The notes beneath the pieces are model-generated. The model was not told the origin of the DNA, ran no database searches, and saw only the letters and a program-made list of their open reading frames with translations. A stretch of 64,000 bases of DNA from the human T2T-CHM13v2.0 reference genome, Homo sapiens: NCBI RefSeq assembly GCF_009914755.1, contig NC_060925.1; one strand, 5' to 3'. Numbering within the stretch: the first letter of the stretch is position 1; each line of letters begins with the position of its first letter. Of the stretch, positions 27,621-42,600 are shown one piece after another. A program made the position numbers and the translations under genes.

Positions 27621-28439
27621 CTTCAAGACCAGCCTAGGCAACATGGTGAGACCTCATCTCTTCAAGACCAGCCTGGGCAACATGGTGAGACCTCATCTCT
27701 TCAAGACCAGCCTGGGCAACATGGTGAGACCTCATCTCTTCAAGACCAGCCTGGGCAACATGGTGAGACCTCATCTCTTCAAGACCAGCCTGGGCAACAT
27801 GGTGAGACCTCATCTCTTCAAGACCAGCCTGGGCAACATGGTGAGACCTCATCTCTTCAAGACCAGCCTGGGCAACATGGTGAGACCTCATCTCTTCAAG
27901 ACCAGCCTGGGCAACATGGTGAGACCTCATCTCTTCAAGACCAGCCTGGGCAACATGGTGAGACCTCATCTCTTCAAGACCAGCCTGGGCAACATGGTGA
28001 GACCTCATCTCTTCAAGACCAGCCTGGGCAACATGGTGAGACCTCATCTCTTCAAGACCAGCCTGGGCAACATGGTGAGACCTCATCTCTTCAAGACCAG
28101 CCTGGGCAACATGGTGAGACCTCATCTCTTCAAGACCAGCCTGGGCAACATGGTGAGACCTCATCTCTTCAAGACCAGCCTGGGCAACATGGTGAGACCT
28201 CATCTCTTCAAGACCAGCCTGGGCAACATGGTGAGACCTCATCTCTTCAAGACCAGCCTGGGCAACATGGTGAGACCTCATCTCTTCAAGACCAGCCTGG
28301 GCAACATGGTGAGACCCCATCTTTTCAAGACCACCCTGGGCAAAACGGTGAGCCCCTGTCTCTTCAAGACCAGCCTGGGCAACACAGTAAGACCTCGTCT
28401 CTTCAAGACCAGCCTGGGCAACACGGTGAGACCCCATCT
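27621..28439 (+). repeat. Alu-derived 39-bp minisatellite/VNTR, 21 copies
   Basis: Unit CTTCAAGACCAGCCTGGGCAACATGGTGAGACCTCATCT starts at 27621+39n, last at 28401. Copies 2-17 are identical, copy 1 has one change, copies 18-21 are diverged. The unit equals the 3' part of the Alu left monomer. Confidence 0.97.
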
Positions 28440-28626
28440 CTGCCAAAAATTTTTTAAAAAAATAACTAGCTGGACTTACTGGCGCACACCTATACTCCCA
28501 GCTACTCAGGAGGCTGAGGTGGAAGGATCGCTTGAGCCCAGGAAGTTGAGGCTGCAGTGAGCTGTGATTACACCACTGCAACTCCAGCCTGGGTGATAGA
28601 GCAAGACCCTACCTCAAAACAAGAGA
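28401..28626 (+). mobile_element. 5'-truncated old Alu (AluJ-like), host of the VNTR
   Basis: The last repeat unit continues into the A-rich linker and right monomer (GGATCGCTTGAGCCCAGG...GCTGCAGTGAGCTGTGAT). Decayed TSD GAGACAGAGACATGCCA (27601-27617) / GAGACAGAGGCACACCA (28627-28643). Confidence 0.9.
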
Positions 28627-29734
28627 GAGACAGAGGCACACCAGAGAGCAAGAGAGAAGTAAAGGAAAGAGATAAAGGACAAAAGACCTTTTAAAACAGG
28701 GTGGAGATAGCTCCTAAGATGGCAGCTAACTCTCCCTGAAAGCCATTAGCTAATCCAGAGGGTATAGACAGACTGCCACAGAAGGACACCCTGGCCCCCT
28801 GAGGGCCTCACCTGTGCCCCAGCTTTAGGGTGTGTGGCTGGACAGGGCAATTTCTAACACCTTTTTCCCCATTTCCCTCCACTTTCTCCAACCTCCCCCT
28901 TCTCCTCAAAATTACTAAGTGAAGAAAGATAAGAAAGAAACCGGAAACAGCAATGGGGTTTTGTTGTTAGAAATACAAACAAGGTCCAAAGTTAGCAGGA
29001 GATGGGGATGAGCCTAAGAAATCAGAGGAACCACAAGCTCCAAGAATCGCCAACAAGTCATTCATCTTCTGAGTCTCAGCTCCTTCAGCTGCAAAATTAC
29101 CAGAAGCCTCACAAGAGTGTTGAAAAGATTAAATGAGCTACATAAACATGAGAACAGCACCTGATTATAGCAGAGGGGTGCTCCATAAATGGTCACTACA
29201 TTTCAACTGCAGAATGGGTTATGTAAATACCCTTTTATTGGAGTTTTGTATTAAAAAATAAAAGTACTTTTTTACCCAGTATCTCACCTGAGCCTCACCA
29301 GGAGCAGGGACATGGATTATCAACCCCATTTCACAGAAGAGAAAACAGAGATCTTACAAAAATAGCCCGCCTGGTCCTCAAGACAGTGTGAAAATTCCAG
29401 TCCACGATGGTCTGAAAGATGGTCCCCATCTTTTCCACTGTACCAGCTGCGGGCAGCATCAAAACTGGGGCTCACATGAGATTAACAAGAAATGCATTTT
29501 TTCCTACAAATAGTGGCCAAGCCTCTTTAGAGGCTGTGCCAGGCCCTGTACTGAGATGAGATGAATTAAGTGTGGCCCTGCTCCCTGGGGAGATGGACAC
29601 CCAGTGTGACCATCACTGAGATGGACAGGCGCAGCAAAGGATGTGCCACCCACTTGGAGTCAGGGCCCACTGTGCAGCAAGCACTGCTTTAGGCCCTGGC
29701 AAGGTCCTGCTTCCCATGGAGTTTTCCTTCTTAA

Positions 29735-30068
<334 letters not shown>

Positions 30069-31379
30069 AGTCTTCATTCTTGAGTAAAATAACACAAAGA
30101 AACTGGGTGATCAGAGAAGACCCTTCTGGGAGGTGATATGTAAGCAGAAAAGTCCAGAGTCCACCATGGGCAGGTGAGCTGGAAAAGCACACCAGGCGGA
30201 GGGAGTGGGCCATGCAAAGGCCCTAGCGCAAGGTCAGCATGGTCCAAGTGTGGCAAGAGAGGCAGAGTCATGTGGAGGACAAGCAGGGACACTGCATCTG
30301 CCTTGGAGGCCAGGGCAGAAGAACAGAGGGCGGACAGAGGGCTTTCAAAGTGACGCTGTCGAATGACTGACATCTTAAATTGCATTTACACCGGCTGCTG
30401 GGTACAGAACACAGAGAGGCAAGGGTGGCGGCTGGGAGACCAATGAGGAGACTCCTGCAACCACTCAGACCAGGCAGTGTGCACAGGTTCAGGACTGAGG
30501 CAGGGACGCCAGCAGGGGGCGGCAAGAAGGAGCTGCCGGTGCAGGGAGACAGCTAGGGCCCACCAGGAATGGTCACTGTGCCTAATGTTACTGAGAGGAC
30601 GAGTGAGATGGAGGCAGACAGGGTGACCAAATCTGGCCCCATGGAGGCCGTGGAGGACCTGGCAAGAGCAGTCGGTGGACTGAGGAGGACAGAGAATGGG
30701 AAGTGAGGGAAGAAAGGCTGCAAACAGAAGTGGAGAATGGGGCGGTGGCAGGAGGGGGATTAGACGCAGGAAGGCATGGTGGCTTTGCTTTTTGAGCTGG
30801 CAGGTCCTGAAGCACAGTTATATGCCAATAGGAGTGACCCCTGGAGAAGGCGAGAGTCGCACTGCAGGGGAGGTCACTGCTGAAGCACAGTCTTCGAGGA
30901 AGAGGGAGGGTGGATGCAAAGCCCTGGGATGGTTTGGCTGTTGATAGAGGAGAGGCATTGCCAGCTCCCACAGAGGAGGGGAGGCAAGGCTTGGAGAGTA
31001 CTCGCCAGAGCTCTCAACTCCCAGATACAGACTGGGCTCTTTCAGGGTTCCGTGTGTCTCCTCTAGCACCATTTGACAGACAGCTACAGGTGGTTCGATC
31101 TTAACTAGGGTAGGGGCCCAACAGTGAGAACAACAGGGGGAGAGGGAGGCAGAGGGTTGAAGGTGCTTGGGGAGGTGTAATTATAATGAACACTAAGCTA
31201 GGCAAGGAAGGAAGTGAGGACAAGTGGGTGACCAGTTGGGGAAAGGGGAGGGTCAGTAGATCTGACATCCTCGTATGGCCAGAGAGTCATCATCGGCATG
31301 TCAGGAAAACCCTCAACCTGAAAGGAGTAACAACAATCAACAAGTGGAACTCAGATGAAATGAATGGAAAACAGGAACA

Positions 31380-31960
31380 CAGGGAATAAGGAAAAAGATG
31401 GTTTAAAATCCTAAAAATCTCCTCAGAGAGGTATGATAAGATATTGCATCCATAAATGGAGGCACAATGCCTGAAAGTGCTTTTGCAACCTAAAAATAAC
31501 TAAAATAAAAAAGAAGATGGGAAAAAGAGTCAAAGAAACCCTCCAAAAACAGATCAAAAAGACAAAGAGCTAGGTATTATAAAAACATAAGAAATGTAGA
31601 GGATCAATACAGAAAGCCAAACAGGCAACTAGGGGGATTTCTAGAAACCGGCAGTAGAGAAATTATATTTAAAAAAAAGTCAAAGAACTAATACTCTGTC
31701 TAGAACTGAAGGTCATGAGTCTCCAGAAACAGTGGGCCTGCCAAGTATCTAGCCCAACGAATGGGAAAAACCCCACATCAACAGAAAATTTCAGAACACG
31801 AGAGAGAGACAGAAAATTCATAAACTATCTAGAAAAATTGATGGGGTAGAGTGGGGGAAATGCAGAGTCTAGACCAAGTATCAGAAATCATCATGGCATT
31901 GGACTTTCAGCAGCAATGTGGGAAGCTGGAAGACAATTGAATTCTCTCTTCAAAATTCTT
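31380..31960 (+). mobile_element. Ancient L1/HAL1 ORF1-like remnant
   Basis: A-rich strand with AGAGGATCAA..., CTAGAACTGAAGG..ATGAGTCTCCAGA, GGACTTTCAGCAGCAA..GGAAGCTGGAAGACAAT. Confidence 0.55.
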
Positions 31961-32324
31961 AACAGGATCCGTCCTGATGCCAGATGGCCCAACTTCAAAT
32001 CCTAGACCTGCCACTTAACAGCTGTGATCACGGCCAAGGTACTTACCTCACTGGGTCTCAGTTTCATCATCAATAAAATGGGCATAATAATAATCTCTAT
32101 CACCTCTTTGATGTGAGGATGAATTAATCCACGTAAAGCAGTGAGGACAGTGCCTGGCACATGGTAAACATTTAAAGGTTCGCTCTTATTAAAATTACCC
32201 AGTCACACTATCCATCAGCAATGAAACACCTTCAGACATACATACCTACTCACCTTTCTCACCAAGCCATTGCAGGATACACTCCAGAAAATTATGGGGC
32301 TAAACCAAGAAAAAGGAAAATACA

Positions 32325-33095
32325 ATGCAAAGGACATTTGCCTTTTTGGGGGGTGCCCAGCATCTGAACACACTTCTTCTACGGGGAAAATTACTCACCT
32401 TATAAGGCAAAACCCCCACTTCACCCAATACACACACACTCACTGAAAATGTCAGATCCTGCAGATCCTCTGTCTCTGCTTAAATGTCACCCTATCCTGA
32501 CTGCACTGTAACCCAGCAGGCCTCCATCTCCCTTCACTGCTTTCTCTCTATAGTCTGCATAGCCTGTGCCATCATTTGGTAAACTTTATATTTAACTTGT
32601 TTACTTGATTACTGTGTTTTCCCCCATCTCGAATGTAAGCTTTGTGAGTACAGACATTTTTTGCCTATTTGCTTATCTTCCCAGCATCTAGAAGAGTGCC
32701 TAACTCACAGCAGGTGCTCAACAAAAATGTAAGTTAAAAAAAAAACTTGCTTTCCAAGCCTCCCATGCAGGCACATGACCTAGGCTCTGCCCATGCGAAG
32801 CATCCACCCCAGACCGTGATTCCAGAGAGATGGCTCAGGTCCACTCTGGAACAGGTGACAACAGAGAAGTCAGCTACAGCCCCCACTATAGCAGCAATGC
32901 AAGCTGTGCACCGGGGCCCAGCGGCATTTTCACTGGACAGCCCTGTGGTGGGATTTGGGATAAGGTTCTTGGCTATGCAGTTTTCCAAGCCTGGTTCTCT
33001 AGTCTTATAGAAAATTCTGAGAGCCACTCAGCATCGTTTTAATAAAATCTCTTCTCTGCCTAAATCAGTCAGTTTGTGATATATAGTAAACCAGA
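32325..33095 (+). mobile_element. Old ERVL LTR (LTR33-like) with an internal L2-like piece
   Basis: TGCCCAGCATCTGAAC, GCACATGACCTAGGCTCTG, TTTTAATAAAATCTCTTCTCTGCCTAAATCAG; L2-end-like segment at ~32480-32725. Confidence 0.45.
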
Positions 33096-34574
33096 ATCCA
33101 GGGGGCACAGGAGAGTTTTGAAGAGACGCCTCGGGAGGTCAGCAGGGTGTGAATGCACCCCTCTAAACCAGTCTGCAGTGCTGGAGAGACGGAACTGAGG
33201 GAACCTGATGCATTTGGACATTCAGGAAAGTATGATTCACAGGAATTTGACAGACTGATGGAGTATGGCGGCAAGCGGGGGAATGGTAACAGCCCCATAT
33301 AAAATATAAAATATAAAACTAAGCAAATGAAAAAAGAGGTCATATGTAACCTCAGGAAAACAAAAAATTGTACTAGAAAGGAAAAGTTCTGATGGTGCAT
33401 GACTTGATTTGACATCCTGTTCCAAACATAACCACCATGCTGAAAAAGTAGACTCCAGAGGGTGCTACAGAAACAGCTTTACCATCTCCAGCCCACACCA
33501 CTGCCACTGTCCTTTCTAAGACTCCATCTGCAGACTTGTTCCCCATCCCCACCCCCTACTCCTAGAAAGTCTGTGGAAGTCTGGAAGTTCCCTTAACTCT
33601 GCGGATCATTCCTAGATCATAAACAATCCCCGAGACACTTTTTAGTCCCAAGAACAGTCTCATCTTAGTAATTAAAATGTCCTGTCCAGATTAACAATCT
33701 CAAGTCTGACTTTTCTGTATAATCAAACTTCTCCCCTCCCCTCAGGCCTGCCAGGTTCAGTGTCTCAGACCCCTGACTCTGTCCACTGGAGCTCTTTGGA
33801 CTTGGATGCTTAGTGCCCACTGTGTTACCCTGGGCCACTTCTGTGGGGTCCTAGGGAGCTCCTCCGGTTGGCAGGCACCCGCATGCATCCCGTGGGACAC
33901 TTCCAGCCTCTCTCCTCTACCTGGCAAGAAGCTCTCTTGGGCAGGATCAGTTTGAAAACGACCACTGCCCAGGTCCTTGAACACTGCCTCTGCCCCATCG
34001 TTGGCAGAAACAATGCAGCCACCTCTCCTCATTCTGCCACGAAGCAGGGGCTCCAACCACAGTCTTTCGTGTTCCGTATTTCCAGGCATGGATCAAATGC
34101 ACTCACTGCTCGGCGTCCAGGGCTGTGCCCAGTTCTCTGAGTGATCCTCTTAGAGCCCTTCTCTCTTGAGTTGAGGTAAGGAAAAAGCGTTCCCTCCCTG
34201 CCCACCTGGCATGGGGGGCAGAAAACGTCAGCTTCTCAACAATTCTCTCTGAAGAAATCCTCTCTGTGGGCTCTTCCACCTCAACCCTTTCATATCCTCA
34301 AAGCGTATGCCAGTAAGGATCTCAAAATCAGAGTTTACACACCTGAAGTCCTGCTTAGGAATGTAGTGGCCAATGCCTACTGTTAAGATCCACTGTCTTA
34401 GGACTCAGCCAGACCCACAATGCCTACACTAATACCCCGTTACACGTAGTCCTAGTGGTGCACCACTTTACCCAAAGAATTGTGATGCAACTGGGGCAGG
34501 AGGAAGGAGGGAGGGGTAGTGCAAGTGAGTAAGATGGGGGTGGAGTGGGAGTTGAAAAAAACCAAATCCTCTGT

Positions 34575-35640
<1,066 letters not shown>

Positions 35641-35654
35641 ATAAACTAGTTTCT

Positions 35655-35897
<243 letters not shown>

Positions 35898-36373
35898 TTA
35901 AATGACTAAAAGGAAAACACAAAAATCACTTTTTTATAAAATACATTTTTATTTATAAATTTTTTATAAAATAAATAAAAATCATGTATTGAATGACTGA
36001 AAGGAAAAAAAAAGAGAACTAAATCTTCATCTATCATAATAGGAAGCCAGTAGACAGTAAGTATACTTGATCCAGGAACAGGAGCAGAAATCTTATTTAG
36101 GGTGGCCTAATCCCAGCTCCACCACTCACCAGCTGCGTAACCCTGGACTAGTTCCTTCCCTCCTCCACATTTATTTCTTCATCTGCAAATCGGGGAGAGT
36201 AACAGTAACTCCTTCCTAGGGCTGCTGGGAGAATGAAAGGAATTATATTTGTAAGGCACCTGAAGCAAGCCTGGACCGTAAACACCACGTAAAGTTTAGC
36301 TTCCACTGTTTTTATTTTTGTAACTGAGGTGTACAGAAGAAAATGCCAAAAAAAAAAATGACTGAGTTGAAGG

Positions 36374-36441
36374 CAGGGCTGTTGTGCTACCCAGGTCCAC
36401 ACACCTGGTGCCCCCTGAAGGTGGGCACCACAGCAGCCCTG
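36374..36441. mobile_element. Internally deleted MER91-like MITE
   Basis: Terminal inverted repeats CAGGGCTGTTGTG / CACAGCAGCCCTG and internal TGGTGCCCCCTG. Confidence 0.5.
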
Positions 36442-37409
36442 GCCGAAGGCAGCTGCCTCTCTGGAGTGCGACAGAGGAGGAGGGGTTCTGTCTAAAGCCT
36501 TATTTTATTAGGTGATTTTAAAAACTATGTTTGGCATTATTTTGCTAAAAATAAAAGTTTATTTTTAGAATGTTAATAAAACAAGCTCCCACAAATAGTA
36601 ATAATAACAAACGATGGGACGTGGTGAACGACAAAAAGAAAGCAATGAAAGAAAAGACAAAAGAAAATCTTGGAAATATGACATAAAATTCAATTTTTTA
36701 TTTCAAAATCATAAAAAACTTATTAAGACAGCAGACTCATAAAAATATTAGTAACAAATATGATGAACAAAGGCATTAACATCCCTAATGACAGCACTTT
36801 AAAAATGCCAATTCTTAAATTTTATAAGTAAAATATTCAGATGCCCAACATAAACACCAATTTGCAAAAGAGGAGATAAGAACTCTGAAGCAACACACAA
36901 TACCTGTTTGACTATACTAATAATCAAACAAACATATAATGAAACCAGATGTCAATTCCATCTTCAAATTAGGAAAATGTTGAAACACTGGTAAAGATAC
37001 AGTTCCATGAGACAGCAATGCCTGCAGTTGTGAAAATCAGTGTACCCTTCCCAAAGAGCTATGTGGTAATATGTGTTAAATGTTACTACCCTGTAGCCTA
37101 GTAATTTCCACTTCTGGGAATCTATCCTACAAAAATAATCAGAAACGCAAATGAAGATTACTACATAAAGATATTCACTGCAGCATTAGCTTTACTGGGG
37201 GAAAGCTGAAAATTCTGAACTATTATGCACATGCAAGTAATATATATACATATTTGTTTGTATTCACATAAACTATCTCTGAGAGGCCAGACAAAAGAGA
37301 GAAGAGGAAGGCGCTCTCTAAGGACCCTTTTTGGGCCTTCCAAATTTTGGACCATTTTAATGTATCACCTATTCAAAATACTTCAACAAATTTAATAAAA
37401 CGTAATATG

Positions 37410-38006
<597 letters not shown>

Positions 38007-38040
38007 TATGCTTCTGAATCTTTACAAAGAATGTTAATAA

Positions 38041-38386
<346 letters not shown>

Positions 38387-39144
38387 TTAAATTTAAATGT
38401 AAGTAATAAGACTATATTCAGAATGATCTCAATGATATAAAACTATATTAATAGACAAGCATAGAAAGAAGACTGAAAAGAAATCTACCAAAATGTAAAT
38501 AGTAGTCATTACTGGGGGGTGAGATTCTGGGCAAGTATTATTTCCATCTTTCCATGTTTCTATAGTTTCCAAAGCTTCTACAGTAAGTATATAGTACTCA
38601 CGTGAGTGGGAAAAAATAAAGAGTATTAAATTAAATTACCTTTAAAGGGTCAGCCACTTCCCAAAGAAGGACTAGGAGTAAAAACTCAGTAATTTGTTAA
38701 AATCCAGGAACCTACAAGAATAAATCAATATTCTGCCATTCCCGTTTAAGCTGCTGCTCAGGGCACTGTCAGCATGTTTCCATTTCCAGGGGTGAGCTGG
38801 CTCTGGGTTACCCGCTAAGGAACCAGCAGAAGCCACCCACCAGGTCTGGCCACTCAAATGCTACCTCTCATGGAAGACTGCCCTGATCTCTTTTATCAGT
38901 GCTGCCTTAAGAACACTCTGAGAATAGGACAGATCCTAGGACTCACATGTGTATCTCCAACAGGAGGCAGGCCTGGTAGCCAGCATGACAGCCCCATCTC
39001 AACACTTCTATGGCCATCTGCCCACCCTCTCAACTGGATGCTCCCCAAGGTAGAGGCCAAGGATGCTAGAGACTTTAGCATGTGACAAGAGTGTCAGGAA
39101 ACAGGTGAGGAACAAATGAATACATTAAAGAATGATATTTTAGA

Positions 39145-39316
39145 CTAATGCTGTCCAACAGAACTTTCTGTGACGGAGGAAATGCTCTATATTTGCAGTT
39201 TCCAATATGGTAGCTACCAGCTAGCCATGTGTCTACTGAGCACTTGAAATGTAGCTAGTATGACTGGAAAACTAAATTTTTAATTTTATTTAATTGTAAT
39301 TCATCTAAATAGCCAT
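39145..39316. mobile_element. MER3-like hAT element
   Basis: GCTGTCCAACAGAACTTTCTGTGA..GGAAATG..TCCAATATGGTAGC..GAGCACTTGAAATGT.GCTAGT. Confidence 0.78.
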
Positions 39317-39374
39317 AGTGTTTTTGTGGAGAAGCAAACATCACAAGGTAGTTTTAAGATTAAACAAGATGATC

Positions 39375-39678
39375 TTTTATTTTATTTTGAGAGATAGGGT
39401 CTTGCTCTGTCACCCAGGCTGGAGTACAGTGGCTTGACTACAGTTCACTGCATCCTTGAACTCCTGGGCTCAAGTGATCCTCCCCCTCAGCCTCCCTAGT
39501 AGCTGAGACTACAGGTGCACACCATCAACCTAGCTAATTTTTAAATTTTAAAAGTAAAGACAGAGTATCACTATGTTACCCAGGCTGGTCTTGAACTCCT
39601 GGCTTCAAGCAATCCTCCTGGCTTCAAGCAATCCTCCTGTCTCAGCCTCACCACTAGCTGGGACTACAGGTGCATGGC
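39375..39678 (-). mobile_element. AluJ with an internal 19-bp tandem duplication
   Basis: Antisense Alu; CTCCTGGCTTCAAGCAATC at 39596 and 39615. Confidence 0.85.
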
Positions 39679-42600
39679 TGTTAAGATGATTCATTTTTAA
39701 AAAGATGATTGGTCCAGTACCTAACAATGCTCAATTGATCACTGTAGGATAATGAAAAAAAATGAGGAGGAGAAAGAGGAATAGGAGGCGAGTCTCCAAC
39801 AGTGCCACCTGCTCAGCCAACATCAAGCAATGGGAATTTAGTTTTCTCTACCCCACCCCAGCAAATAGCTCTTCCGTATTCTGAGTGCATAGCAGCCAGA
39901 GCCATGGAGAGAGTGGGAATGGGAAGAGTGGGGAGGGAGAGGTATGAAGCTGGGACAGGAGACACCCTGCAGACTTGCTGAAAGAGGAAAGTTGTTGGCC
40001 TGTATTGCCTGAGACAATGAGTAGGTATTCACTCCAAGAAGAAAGCTTAAGCCACCAGAATCGGCAACAGGTACAAGAAAAGGGCTGCCCAAAGCAGTCC
40101 TCAAGCCCAGGATTTAACACTCTGTGTCCACCAGTGTCCTGTAGAGGGCTGGTCTGCAAACTCAAGTTCTGACCTGTCCTAGAGTTCCCAATTGTTAGCC
40201 ACCTAGAGAGCCCTTTTCCACCCTACCTCACTGATTCTCATGCTACCCTGGCCAGGGGAGTGAGCACCAGTTTCCATTCTGTGACTCAGCAGACCAAGGC
40301 TGGGTGAGATTGTCTGAGGTCATGAGGCTGAGACTGGCTGGAGAACTGGAGTCTGCCTAGGACAGACAGCAAATGATAAGGTGCTGATGCCGCACAGAGG
40401 CCTGGAAACCCGGCCAGCCTGAAGGGGGAACCTGCAAACACCGACCCTCCAGGCTGCGAGCTCCGAGGAGGCAAGGGCTCCATCTGTTGGTTCTCCATGG
40501 TGTCCCAGGGCAGAACCCAACACTGGGAGCACAGCGGGCATCCGATAAATATGGATAAACCAACCAACCACCAGCCAAACACAGGTACAGCCATTCCAGT
40601 TTTCAGGCTAATTCTACATACTTCATCCCATCTGCCCCTAACAATTGGCCAGACAGGGGTCATTCCCCCATTTTAAAAGGGGGAACTGAGTCTCAAAAAT
40701 TGAGAGCCACTCTGAGTTGCTGTACTGAAAATCTGCTTCAAGAACTTCCCAAGAAGCCCCACCTTGACTGGAGAGGGGCAGATTCATCCTGCCAGGGTGC
40801 TGTGTTCTTTCTATCCTTTGCTCTATCCTCTATCAGCAAGTCAGAGATGCGTTCATGACATATCCTGCTTCCAAGAAGCCCACAGTTTCATGGGGAAGGG
40901 AAAAATGAACGCAAGCATCTGGAACACCTGACTCTTTCATGAGAGATAAATGACAAACAGCAGTCAGACAATGAAGGAAGGACGGGTTAATTCTGGCTGG
41001 AGGAGGAAGTTTTTTGACTGTGATGAGTGGGTAACATTGGACCCAAGGCCTTGATGGAAGGTCCAACAGGTGGCAAGGTGTGTAGAAGGGGCGGGTAGGT
41101 CGGCAGCTAACACCTACCAGCTCTAGAACTCCGGGCACATCATTTAGCTTCTCCAGGCCTCAGCTTTCTCATCTGCAAAATAAGGATGCTAACACCCACT
41201 GCGCAAGGAGTGAATGTAGAAAGAATTAAATGGCCTCATGGGACGTCTACTCACAGCAGGACTCAACAGATGGAAGCCACTACATTACTGCAGGGCCAGG
41301 CAGGCATGGGGACGTGGGGAACAGGGTAGTCCTGGCATCTTAGGTTTTAAGAGGAAGAATCAAGGTAATTCCTCTGGATATTGGAGTCTGACAGCAACTC
41401 CCAGCCCAATAAACTAGGGAAGAGGTGGGGGTGTGCCTCCAGACCCACTCAACAGACAACCCTCATCCTACTGGACACCACAGGCTGAACAAGCATCTTG
41501 GACTGACCCAGGGCCAGGACCTGTCAGAGAGATGCACCGAGGCAGCCCACACCCTCCTCCCTCCCCAACCTCCCCCAGCCCTAGGGGAAACCACTATGCC
41601 CACCAGCCAGACCTGCATCCTCCATCTCTGCAGCTCAAGCCTCAGTTTGACCCCAAAGTCCTTATTCTTGTAATTACACCAAAAAAGAATTAAAAAGCAG
41701 AATCTGGGAATAAAGTACTACAGTGCAGAGGAGAAACAACATCAGACAGAGTCAGGCCTGGGACCTAGCCCAGCTCTCCACTCACAAAGACTAACAACCA
41801 CAGCTCACCTCTGGGACACACCTGCTGTGCACTAGCACCTGAGCTATGTGTTCTACAGGCACTCCTCTTAATCCCCCTAGCAATCCATGAGACAGGAACT
41901 ATCTCCACTTTTCAAATGAGGAAGACTGAGGCTCAGAGTTCAACGAACTTGCCTAAGGCCTAGCAGGTAATGTAGTCAGGATCCAAACTCAGTTCCGACT
42001 CTAAAAGCCATGTGGCCGCCTTTGGATAAGTAACATGACCTCTCTGAACCTTAGTCTTCCCAACTACCCAAAGGGGGCTTGAATGAATAATATGATTTCT
42101 GGAAAGCTTTACAGTTTACAAAGCCCAAAATGGTGCCCAGAGAAGGGCCATGAGACCAATACATCCCCCAGGGGCTCTAAGCCTGTCCTGGAGTGGAGAT
42201 CTTGGGTGTGGACACCAATCACCACCCCAGCAGGGTCACCAAGAGCTACCATCCTCTGGCTCCCAGCTCTCAATTCCAACATTTGGTCTAAGGTTCCTCT
42301 TCATCTTAGAGAAATCTGGGTGAGACGTGTAGCAACCACTCGTAGCTGCTCTTTAAGCCACAAGATGAGACGCGTGTCACAGTACTTGGGGCTTTGTCTT
42401 AAAGGGAGGATAAACATGTGACAAAAAGCGCCAATCCTGGCCAAGAGGCCAATGGTCAGTCACTGCAGGACAGTCATCAGGCCCCAAGCTCCTCCACCTG
42501 GCCCCTGGCCTGGCAGCTCCAAAGGCTTGCAACGAAAGAGCCTGCAAGCCCTGAAGCCAATCCTTCCCAGAGGGAGGGGAGAGGGAGGCCCAGCTGAGTG

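Noticed and set aside
28328-28338. GACCACCCT (GLI-like) in VNTR unit 19
   Set aside because: A single substitution in one diverged Alu unit; the amplified units read GACCAGCCT, so this is not a GLI-site array.
27621-28439. CRISPR-like array or Pol III B-box array
   Set aside because: Units are head-to-tail with no unique spacers, the DNA is human and Alu-derived, the B-box first G is replaced in every copy, and there is no A-box.
27612-28457. Glutenin/antigen-like repeat protein gene ([13 protein letters not shown])n
   Set aside because: It is the familiar Alu translation ([12 protein letters not shown]) multiplied by the VNTR, with no promoter or exon context; not called as a CDS.
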